Made by a program: the position numbers and the translations under genes. Positions 12,581 through 23,549 of a stretch of DNA of 35,092 bases are shown piece after piece. Within the stretch, counting starts at the first letter, position 1. Each line of letters opens with the position of its first letter. The notes below the pieces were generated by a model. It did no database searches. It was given only the letters and a program-made list of their open reading frames with translations, and was not told the DNA's origin. The stretch comes from Ginkgo biloba (lineage: Eukaryota > Plantae > Ginkgophyta), in the NCBI GenBank assembly GCA_024626585.2, contig JANKJI020000002.1, forward strand, positions 194,265,055 to 194,300,146. Direction: 5' to 3'.

Positions 12581-13423
12581 TGTAAAAGCTGAAATTTAAT
12601 CTTTGGGGGTATAAGCATTGCATATAGGCGAAGACTTGCACAACAAGCCCCAGTAGCTTCAGTATAAATAAGGGTTTTATTATTGTACAACTACCTCTAG
12701 CTCAAATCATTGCACTTGCAGGTGGCTGGAAATTATTTTAGATACATTTCGAGAGCATATTTGCATATACACCGCATATATACTGCAAGGGGCAACCAAC
12801 GACTTTGGTGGAAATCGCAATTGGATAGTAGACGCAATCTTCTTTGAGTTTGTTCGATGAGATTTGGAATTGCCTGCAATTTACAGGCTTTTGGGGATAG
12901 AACACTACAAATACATTAAGTATACTGCAAGAAGAAGAAGGGGACAAATTGTTGATCAGTTTCACAGTACAATGGAAAGAGGGCAACATAATTTACAATC
13001 TAATTTAGGATGTTCGAGGACGATTTCCATCTTGTGAGTGGGATTGGAATTCACCCTAAAGGGGTTACAAGTTTCTCTTGCTTTGTGTATACTTCAGCCC
13101 TACAATTTGTTTATATACACTGCTGCAAATAGATTTTTAGAATTTGTACCTGTTGGGAGCCACTTTTCGTTCAGTTGAAAATGCCTAGAAATGGGTTTGT
13201 TACATGTATGTCTCCATAGTATATGTAGCTAATGATGATGTATATACCTTGTTTGTTTGTTTTTTTTATGCATGGGGTACTGGTAGGCAAAGCTAATTTT
13301 CTCATCGTAAACAAGGGTTTTTAGCTAGGCCTTCCCCTCATCCCCATGCCCCATGACGTTGCCCCGTACGCCGCAAGGGGTGAATATGAGGGGAATGGAA
13401 CCTCAGTCCGGTGGGTATCAACA
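12581..13423 (+). mobile_element. Probable younger LTR or LTR fragment nested between the LTR pair
   Basis: TATAAATA at about 12663, ends ...GGTATCAACA at 13423, and retains more CpG than its flanks. There is no credible ORF, no TSD was found, and the left edge is uncertain. Confidence 0.4.
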
Positions 13424-13802
13424 TTAAAGATATAATTTGAACATAGTTTTATTATTTATATATTTGTGTATGTTAAAAATATTAATAAATTAAATTATGT
13501 CAATGTATTATATATTTCCTCACAAATATCTTCCATGTAACTCTAGTTGGGTGGAGTCTTAGAGTATTTTCTATTATCTTTATAACCAAGTGTCATACAT
13601 GTCATTGAATGGAATTTCACCTTTAATATTCATAATTAGAAACACTCCTAATAAGGTGTATTTTATTACTTCTTCCATGCAATTATTTTGTATGAAATTG
13701 TTNNNNNNNNNNNNNNNNNNNNNNNNNNNNNNNNNNNNNNNNNNNNNNNNNNNNNNNNNNNNNNNNNNNNNNNNNNNNNNNNNNNNNNNNNNNNNNNNNN
13801 NN

Positions 13803-13980
13803 GTGATAGCAATAAGAAATAATCACTACAACAAGTACCTAATAAATTAGAAGGGATTACCATAGGGAAAAAACACTTACATCACTGAAGAGGAGCTTTG
13901 AAAGTTGGATGATAAGAAGTGGAGGATTTTTTAAGAAAGGCATGAGCAAGAGCTCACATAAACTTTGTACCAGGGGAGGA
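13803..13980 (+). pseudogene. Chromodomain-like integrase C-terminus and polypurine tract
   Basis: YNKYLIN*KGLP*GKNTYITEEEL resembles the chromodomain motif YLVKWKGLP..EATW. The PPT AGGGGAGGA (13972-13980) abuts the LTR. Confidence 0.65.
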
Positions 13981-14880
13981 TGATGTAGGAGAATCCAATT
14001 TTGGCCTGATAATAGAAAATTTTGATAGTCTTAGAAAGAATAACAAGTGAAGGAAGATTAGTGGTCATATTCATTGTTGATGATAGATAAGGGAAGAATC
14101 AATAATGACAACAATAGAAGACCGACATCAAATCTAGACCAACAGGGTAATATAATATATATAAGGGAGGAAAAAATAGATATCACTAACGATCATGAAG
14201 GAGCACACTAATAATGATGGATGATGAGGAAGACCAACAATAGCATCAAGAAATTGACAAATCAATAGCTTGTAGTCATGATGAGAGTTTTGAAATGCAT
14301 ACATTAATGATGGTAGTTGGAGGATACTTAGCATAGGTTTTATTATCTATGAATAAGGAGTAATGGGAATTTAATGGTTCACCAACCATGAGCATAAGTG
14401 AGAATTTGGGGTGCGAAAATATGATAACCTTCTGGAGGAAAGAGGGGAATGATATGAGGAACAAGATGAGAGAATAAGAGAGATAATAGCATAGGAGTGG
14501 AAGATTATAAGAAGAGAATGAGGTAGATAAGGAAGGAGGAGGATGAGAAGAATGTTGAACATTAGGAAACTCAATAAGAATAAAAAAGACAAAAGTAAGA
14601 TAGTAGGAAGAATGTTGAATGTGAGGCATCCTAGGAGATAAGAATAAGAAGAGTGTTGTTTTATAATTTAAATCCTTCTATATTATACATGTAATCCCCT
14701 TTGGGGAAGGGGTTAATAGATGAATTCCATGTCCCTATTTAAACTACTCCATGTACCTATGTATTTGTGATTTTATGCATATCCTTTTCTCCCACCATGT
14801 TAGCTAGTTGCATTGTCCAATATTCTTGGGCATTGCACTCATCCAGTATTCTCTATGATTAATACCAAGTGTCTACATCA
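13981..14880 (+). mobile_element. Complete 3' LTR, 900 bp
   Basis: TGATGTAG...CTACATCA form an 8-bp terminal inverted repeat. It is preceded by a PPT and is homologous to 11764-12371. Confidence 0.9.
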
Positions 14881-16004
14881 CATTGTATTACCTATGATGG
14901 AATGAATTAGAGGGAAGAAATTTTGGTGGACGATAGACTCATAACACAATTTTGAGATGTTGAAGAAGAAAGTATCAGAGACACTAGTCTTTGCACTACC
15001 AAACTTTGACAATTTTTTTAAAGTTGAGTGTGATTCATCGGTAATAGGAGTTAGATTTGTACTTAGTCAAGAAGGTAGGATGATAATATTTCTTAGTGAG
15101 AAGTTGAACAATATATAAAAAAAGTATTCGGCATATGATTTACAATTTTATTCATTATTACAAGCGCTAAAGCATTTAGGATATTATTTATTTACTAAGG
15201 AGTTTGTGTTATACACCAACCATCAAGATTTGAAGTACTTGAATTCCTAGGGTAAGTTGAATTCCCAACATACGAAGTGGGTAGAGTTCTTAAAATCATA
15301 TTCCTTTGTGTTGAATAATAAATATGGGAATATAAATCAAGTGGTGGATGCATTAAGTCAGAGAGCCACATTGTTGGTGATAATGACTAATGAATTCGTG
15401 GGATTTGAGTCGGTGAAGGAAATGTATGACATCAATAAGGATTTTTTATAAGTGATGGAGTACTTGAGAATTATAACCACGAATAATGGAGAACCTTTTA
15501 GATATTATTTCTTGGAATTTGAATACATGTTTAAGGGTAAAATATTATGCATACTACACATTTCCATGTGGGAAAATATTATCTATGAATTGCACAATGG
15601 TAGTTTGGGAGGTCATTTCAACAATCACAAATAGTGTCAATTGTGAAGGAACAATACTTTTTTCTAAGACTTTGAAAGAAAGTGAGATTGTTTGTGTAAA
15701 GGTGCAGAATATGCCAGTTGTCAAAGGGATAATCATAGAATGTTGGACTATATAAACCATTTTTAGTACTAGAAGGACCTTAGACTAACATCACCATTGA
15801 TTTTGTATTGGGATTATCATGCAGACAGAAAGGTAATAGTTATGTATTTGTCATGGTGGATCAATTTTCTAAGATGGAACACTTAATTTTATGTCAAAAG
15901 ATAAATGATGCAAGAGAGGCCCCTGACATATTTTTTTGAGAAGTGGTAAGACTACATGGGTTGCTAAAAAGTATTATCTCAGACAAGGATAATAATTTTC
16001 TTAG
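14881..16004 (+). mobile_element. CRM-like Ty3/Gypsy pol remnant (RNase H and integrase)
   Basis: FALPNFD..FKVECDSS..VLSQEGR..SEKLN..KYSAYDLQFY..KEFVLYTNHQDLKYLNS*GKLNSQHTKWVEFL..VDALS; ELHNGSLGGHF; CRICQ; ITIDFVLGL; VDQFSKM; EVVRLHGLLKSIISDKD. Confidence 0.9.
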
Positions 16005-16938
16005 NNNNNNNNNNNNNNNNNNNNNNNNNNNNNNNNNNNNNNNNNNNNNNNNNNNNNNNNNNNNNNNNNNNNNNNNNNNNNNNNNNNNNNNNNNNNNNNN
16101 NNNNAGAACATCCAGCCAGCAAAAGTAGTTAGCACTGAGGAGTTGACAGGCTTTAATCCATTTGGAGATTTATGAGCCATAAGGCCTGATTGTTTGTGAT
16201 GCCTTTGAGCGATCTTTTATAGGTTGTGGGCCATTACTAGTGTATGCCAGTTGGCAGTGGATGTAAGGGTGACAACTACTGTTATACTTGGAGTAATATA
16301 TCCTAGAGTTTTTTCCCCNNNNNNNNNNNNNNNNNNNNNNNNNNNNNNNNNNNTTATATTTTTGTTTGTCTTGAGTGTGATCGTAGCTCGTATCTATTTT
16401 AGCCTGCATTTCTTTTTTGGAACTCATGGTCACTGCAAGCCCACTGCACTTCGCAATCAATTTCTTGAAAGGTCATGTTTTAAGGTAGACGTTGGGTTGA
16501 GTGTCAAGCTTATCTGTTCGGCCTAGAGCATTCTTCCTTTGTTATTTAGTTTAGGTAATATCCATATGATAAATTTGACAAAGGAAAATCTAAAGTAAAT
16601 TGTATTGTGCTTATCAATTTGCTCATGAAAAGTACCAAATTCATTCATACATTTGTGCACTAGATGATGGCCTTTGCATGATCGATATAAGAAAAATTAT
16701 TGAGAATTTATATGGAAATATTCGAGTAGGCTTCCATCCATATCAAAAAGTTAATATTGATTCCAAATACTCAATACATAATATCAATGGATGACAAATT
16801 ATTATCAATATCTAATTATTAATGGTGACTTGACCTTAGTTTTATATAGTACATTCCCATTCATGGTTAAACTTATTTAAGATATGTATTACAATATATG
16901 TTATAGCGTAGATGGATATAAGGGAGGGTGGATGAATG

Positions 16939-17089
16939 ATGTATATATATTTATATATGTATGCATACACATGTGCGTGTGCATGTGCACACACACACAT
17001 ATACATACATACATACATACTTATATAGACACACACACACACACATACATATATATGCATATGTATCCATATATGTGTGTGTGTGTGTC

Positions 17090-17120
<31 letters not shown>

Positions 17121-17147
17121 GTATATGNNNNNNNNNNNNNNNNNNNN
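16939..17147. repeat. Compound microsatellite (TA/CA/TG/TACA/TATG)
   Basis: Dinucleotide and tetranucleotide runs are directly visible and run into an N gap. Confidence 0.95.
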
Positions 17148-17930
17148 NNNNNNNNNNNNNNNNNNNNNNNNNNNNNNNNNNNNNNNNNNNNNNNNNNNNN
17201 NNNNNNNNNNNNNNNNNNNNNNNNNNNGAACATACTAAAATTCCATGATTATAACATTAGTTAATTATAGATCCATTTACTCACCAGATAGAGAAATCTA
17301 GACTCTATTATATTATAGCATTATAACTTTAGTTTTTTTAGTCACATTACAAGATAAATCATTTTCTTCATATAAAAAATCCTACAATAAATAAATTTAT
17401 GAATTTTTTGCCTCTCTCTGAAATTATAAAAGAATAGAACATATGATCATAAACTCCTAAAAGAGTTAGGATCAAGAACATTGCAAAGTGACTATTTTGC
17501 CTCTTTACAATGGTCATAAGCAGCTCCAAATTAATACATAGCTACTTTGATATAGAGCTACTAAATATAACATATATTTTACATCCCACTATGGTTACAA
17601 AAACTATACCTTTTCCATTATAACATGCATCTAAAATTCTTGTAGATGGGATCAAGTTTGTTGTGGTAACATCTTCAAGTGTTTACAATTAAGTGCATGC
17701 ATACCCTGGTTGTTCCATTTTCATGGGACTCTAGTGGATGTACTAAACCAAATGTTTCCATTAACTATAGCTATAGAACAATAGTTTTAAAGAATTATAA
17801 TAAGATGAAAAATAAAGGGATTCATAGATGATTTAATCCATGTTATAGGCTATTGAATTACTCTAAGACATCTCCATAGGTTAAAAATTAATTGTGAATC
17901 AAATTAAAGCTATGAAGCATTATGTGACAA

Positions 17931-18180
17931 ACTATGGATGATGAATGGTATGGTATTTCCCTTTTGAACCATCTAATGAGCAATGGTTGATGAACAATCT
18001 AGAAATGGAATTTCTTATGAATTAGTTAATGGACCATTTTGCAATGGAGTTCATTTTTTACTATGGGTGATGAGCCATCTATTGGTTCCCCTTTGAATTT
18101 CCCAATGAGGTATTATTGATAACCATCTAATGGTGGAGTTTCTTTAAAACTATAGATGATGAATTATCTGGTGGTTCATG
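17931..18180. repeat. Degenerate tandem repeat, about 2.3 units
   Basis: ACTATRGRTGATGA starts at 17931, 18060 and 18149. The first two copies share downstream tttcc..tttgaa..aatgag..ttgat..aac.atcta..tgga.tttctt. Confidence 0.6.
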
Positions 18181-18839
18181 AATAATGGCTACTATGTTAT
18201 CTAGTGATGGCCTTCCTAACCCTTTCATTAACCAAGGATAATAAACTACCTTGGGGTAGAGATACTTTTGACATAATTGATAAGTTATTTTATTCTCTTC
18301 AACTTTGCCTTATATATATGGATTTCCTTTACCTACAAGTTAGNNNNNNNNNNTATTTATATAAGATAACCTTTAGAACATAACTCTATTGTGGGGATCC
18401 TGAATTTTAGAACTCAAAAAGCTACTTAAAATATATGTTGTCACTCAAATAATGATCTAGGATATCCTCTAGAATAGAACTTGACTTTGGAGATTCAAAA
18501 CTCTATAAGGTAATTAAAAGATATAAGATATTTGAGACTATGGGCATAGAACACTATTATTATTTTATATATGTTTACATATATGTATATAATATATTNN
18601 NNNNNNNNNNNNNNNNNNNNNNNNNNNNNNNNNNNNNNNNNNNNNNNNNNNNNNNNNNNNNNNNNNNNNNNNNNNNNNNNNNNNNNNNNNNNNNNNNNTA
18701 CATTTGGTAGATTAGAATTCAAAAGTTATTTGTTGACACAGATAAATGAATCTAGTTAGTTAATTCCTGAACATTTTCTAAATAGGAAGTGAAACACAAA
18801 GAGATATATGAAAAAATATCCTTAGAAGTTAAAAATCAA

Positions 18840-19678
18840 TCTGAACAACAACTTTATAAAATAAAAAATCTTCAACCACATGAAGAAAAATAATAATGAG
18901 TAATAGAGGTGGGTGATTATTGGAATTAAAGAATAATACCAATGGAACATGAAGTTCTTAAAATAATATGTTGATGAATTTGTATGGACATATTAAGACC
19001 TTACAGGAATCCCACTAGAATTTGGACAACTAATAATTGATTTGGAAGAGAATTTAAACCATATAAGGCAAAGACCTTATAGAATTAATCCAAAATATAA
19101 AAAAGTAGTTCGATAAGAAATAAATAAATTATTGGATATTGCTTGTATATATCTAGTAGAGAAATATGAGTGGGATTTTCCAATTGTGATTGCTAATAAT
19201 AAAATTGTAAGTTATATATGTGTATGGATTTTAGGAATTTGAATAATGTCATAAAGAAAGATCCATTTCGAGTAGAATTAATTAAGGAAGTGTTGAAAAA
19301 TGGAAAAGTATGAATATGTGTAGCTTTTGGAAAACTTAATGTCGTGAAAAAGAAAGATCCATTTTTAGTAGAATTCACAAAGGAAGTGATGGAAACTTTT
19401 GTAGGTTAAGAGATTTATTATTTTACTAATGGATAATTTAGGGTATAATCAAAATTAGATACACCTGAATGATTAATTTAAGATAATATTTTCTATACAA
19501 TGGGGATTATATGCATGTAATACAATGTCATTCAAATTGATGAATGAACTAACAACATTATCAATAATAATCACAATAGTTTTTAAGTATTTCATTCATA
19601 AATTTATTTGGATGTTTGGTCTAGATTTAGACTCATAAAAGAACACATTGCTTATTTACACATAAGAAATTTAGAGAA
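18840..19678 (+). mobile_element. Decayed non-chromovirus (Tat/Athila-like) Gypsy reverse transcriptase remnant
   Basis: FVWTY*DLTGIP..IRQRPYRINPKYKKVVR*EINKLLD..YLVE..EWDFPIVI..MCMDFRNLN..KKDPF..GYNQ..QWGLYACNTMSFKLMN. The catalytic (Y/F)xDD motif is not recognisable. Confidence 0.88.
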
Positions 19679-21613
19679 ATGATTGAGAAAGGATGTGATC
19701 CTACAACTCATACGCACACAATGCTTATCAAGGCACTCTGTGATGCAGGCAGGATAGTGGAGGCATTTGACATTCTCAGTGAAATGGAAAAAAAAGGCTG
19801 CATGCCAAATGTTAACACCTATACGGCGTTGATTAGTGGGTTATGCAAAGAAAGGAGACTTGGAGAGGCAAGTGAACTATTCAACAAGATATTAGAAATA
19901 GGCCTAGTTCCTAATGTAGTCACTTATAATGCTCTTATTGATGGGTACTGCAAAGAAAAGAAACTTGATTCTGCTTTTGAGCTTCTGGATAGGATGGAAA
20001 AAAGTGGCTGCAAGCCCAATGTTCGTACATACAATGAACTAATTAATGGACTTTGTAAAGAGAGGAAAGTGCGAAAAGCAATGTCACTTCTAAACAAAAT
20101 GTTTGAAGGCAGTTTGACACCCAATAACGTAACTTATAACACTCTGATTGATGGACATTGCAAAGAGGGTCAAACTGATATCGCTTTTAGTCTTTTTGAC
20201 TTGATGAAGAAAAAAGGTTGTGAACCTGATGAATGGACTTACACAGAACTTATTAATGGACTCTGCAAAGAAGGGAAGCTACAACAAGCTTGTGAGTTAT
20301 TCAATAAGTTGCTTGAGAAGGGTCTCATTCCTGGTGAAGTAACTTATACTGCTTTGATTGACGGGCACTGCAAAGGTGGAAAAATTGACTCTGCTCTTGC
20401 ATTGTTGGACAGGATGAACGAAAATGGTTGTGAACCAAATTCTCATACTTACAATGCACTGATGAATGGACTGTGCAAGGAAAACAGAGTGTATGAGGCA
20501 GACAAGCTGTTTGGTAAGATGTTAGAGAGGGGGTTAGCTCCCACTCTGGTCACCTACACAACTCTGATTGATGGGTTATGTAGGGCAGGTGCTATGGACC
20601 TTGCATTTAAAGTCTTGGACAAAATGATACAGGGGGATTGCCCTCCAAATGTCTATACTTACAGTGCACTGGTCTATGGGCTTTGCAGAGAAGGTAAACT
20701 GGAGGATGCAGAAATACTAATCAGTAAAATGAAGGAGAAAGGCTTGAATCCCAATCAAGTAACATATACCTCATTAATTGATGGCAACATCAAATTAGGC
20801 AGAATTGACCATGCTTTCAATCTTGTACGTAAAATGATGGGGGATGGGTGCCAACCTAATTATCGGACATATTGTGTGCTCATGAATGGTCTGGTTCAAG
20901 AAAGTAAGATAGAAGAGGGACAAATGATTCCTAATGATGATGCAATCAGTGGTTTGGATTCTGATGAGTTGGCTGAGATTCCGTCCGTGGATCAGATATG
21001 GAAGGAAATAAAAATTGATCTTGCTTTCAAGCTTTTGGACAGAATGGTGGAAAAAGGGTGTCAGCCTAATGTAGATACTTNNNNNNNNNNNNNNNNAGGA
21101 TTATGCAAAGGAGGTAGGCTTCTTGAGGCAGACCAACTGATAAAAAATATGTTAGAAAGAGGTTTATTTCCTCATGAAGCGATCTACACGTCTCTTATCA
21201 ATGGGTACTGTAAACAAGGAAACTACGTTTATTCCCTTGAGCTTTTGGATAGAATGGTTGAAAATGGCTATGAACCTAGTCTATCTTCTTATAATGCAGT
21301 GATACATGGACTTTGCAAAGAAGGCAAGGTGCAAGAGGCAGAAAGGTTGTTTGAGATTGTTCTGCAAAGTGGTTATACACCTGATGATGTTACTTGGACA
21401 ATGTTGATTGATGGCCTCCTTAAGGAAGGTAAAACTGATATATGCTTGAAGCTGCTAAACAGAATGGACCAAGAGGGTTTTGAACCCAATGCTCAAACGT
21501 ATGCCACATTAATCAGAGAACTTTGCAAAGAAAATAAGATGTTTGAAGCCAAGGTGATTGTCAATAAGATGTTGGAAAAAGGATTAGTTCCCGATGAAGG
21601 CCTCTCTTGTTGA
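19679..21613 (+). CDS. P-class pentatricopeptide repeat protein (17 repeats; At3g07290/At5g65560-like), apparently N-terminally incomplete
   Basis: An uninterrupted 644-aa ORF of 35-aa repeats (PNVVTYNALIDGYCK...A..L...M...G), with no E/DYW/SMR domain. The 16-N gap preserves both frame and repeat length. The family assignment comes from recalled similarity (GC.P.T.T.T.LIKALCD; CKPNVRT.NEL; EPDEWTY; PNYRTY). Confidence 0.95.
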   Translation: MIEKGCDPTTHTHTMLIKALCDAGRIVEAFDILSEMEKKGCMPNVNTYTALISGLCKERRLGEASELFNKILEIGLVPNVVTYNALIDGYCKEKKLDSAFELLDRMEKSGCKPNVRTYNELINGLCKERKVRKAMSLLNKMFEGSLTPNNVTYNTLIDGHCKEGQTDIAFSLFDLMKKKGCEPDEWTYTELINGLCKEGKLQQACELFNKLLEKGLIPGEVTYTALIDGHCKGGKIDSALALLDRMNENGCEPNSHTYNALMNGLCKENRVYEADKLFGKMLERGLAPTLVTYTTLIDGLCRAGAMDLAFKVLDKMIQGDCPPNVYTYSALVYGLCREGKLEDAEILISKMKEKGLNPNQVTYTSLIDGNIKLGRIDHAFNLVRKMMGDGCQPNYRTYCVLMNGLVQESKIEEGQMIPNDDAISGLDSDELAEIPSVDQIWKEIKIDLAFKLLDRMVEKGCQPNVDTXXXXXXGLCKGGRLLEADQLIKNMLERGLFPHEAIYTSLINGYCKQGNYVYSLELLDRMVENGYEPSLSSYNAVIHGLCKEGKVQEAERLFEIVLQSGYTPDDVTWTMLIDGLLKEGKTDICLKLLNRMDQEGFEPNAQTYATLIRELCKENKMFEAKVIVNKMLEKGLVPDEGLSC

Positions 21614-23549
21614 TTTCAACAACTGTAAAATTGCAGTGTTCTATTCTATGAGCTTGGTTATCAAGGAGCAGATTGAGGAAGCAAATTGAACTTCAGTAGA
21701 CCCTTGGAATGCATTTTGGCTAAGTGACTAACCCCTTTAATCAGAGTCTTCAAGAAGATTTCCTTTCTGTTAAGGGTATGGCCACCATGATATTGAGGAA
21801 GCCATTGAGCTGATCCGGGGATTGATGGTTCCTCGCCGAGCATTACCCAGTAATTTGTATCCACTAGAGAAAGCGGAGATGACTTTGAGGAATAAATGAA
21901 TGCTTCACAGTTCAGCACATGGAGATGATAAGTTCCTTGCCAAGTCATGGAGACAGCTGATTACTCATCTGTCATCAATCCTTTTGTTTCGAAGAGTAGT
22001 CTGTAAGTGACTACTAGATTCTTTATCTTGCTCTGATTTTTTTGGCTTCTGATGAAGAAATGCTTCCATCTGCTATTGCCTTTAATCTGTATTTGGGTTT
22101 GACAAATTTGATGCAATGGTCAACCTCTTGTGGATTTTGTTGGTGATGACCAAAACTTGAATCACCCCACCCTCAACAGGAGGCATTTTATGTTCATCTC
22201 ATGTAACCTTGTGTCATACTCCTGACATAGAGTATCGTCTTTGGAGCTTGGACTTGTTTTATCTGGCGAGAGTCTCTTGCTTTTACCTAGTGGTTTAGCT
22301 CCTGGGTTATTTTCTCTCTGTTTTGGTTTAATCATCTCAAAAACATGCAAACGGCTCAAACAAGCAAAACTAGATGTCTACAGTTGGACTTAATTTGTAA
22401 CGTGCCTTGACAGGAGTATTGGGTTCCTCAATCCTTGAAATTTTGAAAAATTATTGTAAACCAAACAAGAAATCTTGTGGCTGGACTGACTGGTATAAAT
22501 TATGGTCATGATCGTCTTATGTGCTTAATTGTTGAAATGGATTCAGTGCTGCAGGAAGCAATGGCAGATTTGAGTCAGATGACGCGGATATGTTTTCCAC
22601 TGTGGTCTGTCATACATTTTGTTTCCCTTATATTTTTTTCTTTCCTTGTGTCTAGAGTGATGTTTGGCCTCTTAACACCTCAAGGAAGTACCTTTCAGGT
22701 GGACTGCAGTCTTTTGTTATATGAGGACATATATTAGCACTGAACTAGATTCCTAGTCATCAAACGTGATCAAAGGCACCAAGTTGTGTGAAGATATCCA
22801 TCCCCAACNNNNNNNNNNNNNNNNNNNNNNNNNNNNNNNNNNNNNNNNNNNNNNNNNNNNNNNNNNNNNNNNNNNNNNNNNNNNNNNNNNNNNNNNNNNN
22901 NNNNNNNNNNNNNNNNNNNNNNNNNNNNNNNNNNNNNNNNNNNNNNNNNNNNNNNNNNNNNNNNNNNNNNNNNNNNNNNNNNNNNNNNNNNNNNNNNNNN
23001 NNNNNNNNNNNNNNNNNNNNNNNNNNNNNNNNNNNNNNNNNNNNNNNNNNNNNNNNNNNNNNNNNNNNNNNNNNNNNNNNNNNNNNNNNNNNNNNNNNNN
23101 NNNNNNNNNNNNNNNNNNNNNNNNNNNNNNNNNNNNNNNNNNNNNNNNNNNNNNNNNNNNNNNNNNNNNNNNNNNNNNNNNNNNNNNNNNNNNNNNNNNN
23201 NNNNNNNNNNNNNNNNNNNNNNNNNNNNNNNNNNNNNNNNNNNNNNNNNNNNNNNNNNNNNNNNNNNNNNNNNNNNNNNNNNNNNNNNNNNNNNNNNNNN
23301 NNNNNNNNNNNNNNNNNNNNNNNNNNNNNNNNNNNNNNNNNNNNNNNNNNNNNNNNNNNNNNNNNNNNNNNNNNNNNNNNNNNNNNNNNNNNNNNNNNNN
23401 NNNNNNNNNNNNNNNNNNNNNNNNNNNNNNNNNNNNNNNNNNNNNNNNNNNNNNNNNNNNNNNNNNNNNNNNNNNNNNNNNNNNNNNNNNNNNNNNNNNN
23501 NNNNNNNNNNNNNNNNNNNNNNNNNNNNNNNNNNNNNNNNNNNNNNNNN

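Noticed and set aside
11861-14629. Two similar hydrophobic Leu/Ser/Phe-rich minus-strand ORFs resembling membrane protein paralogues
   Set aside because: They are antisense readings of the purine-rich LTR copies.
16842-17264. His/Thr/Tyr/Cys-rich ORFs
   Set aside because: These are translations of a microsatellite.
17931-19400. Spaced repeats next to a reverse transcriptase (CRISPR-, retron- or DGR-like arrangement)
   Set aside because: The context is plant DNA, the repeats are degenerate with no constant repeat-spacer structure, and the RT is a dead Gypsy RT.
19924-20124. Antisense ORF within the PPR gene
   Set aside because: It is a short shadow ORF with no independent support.
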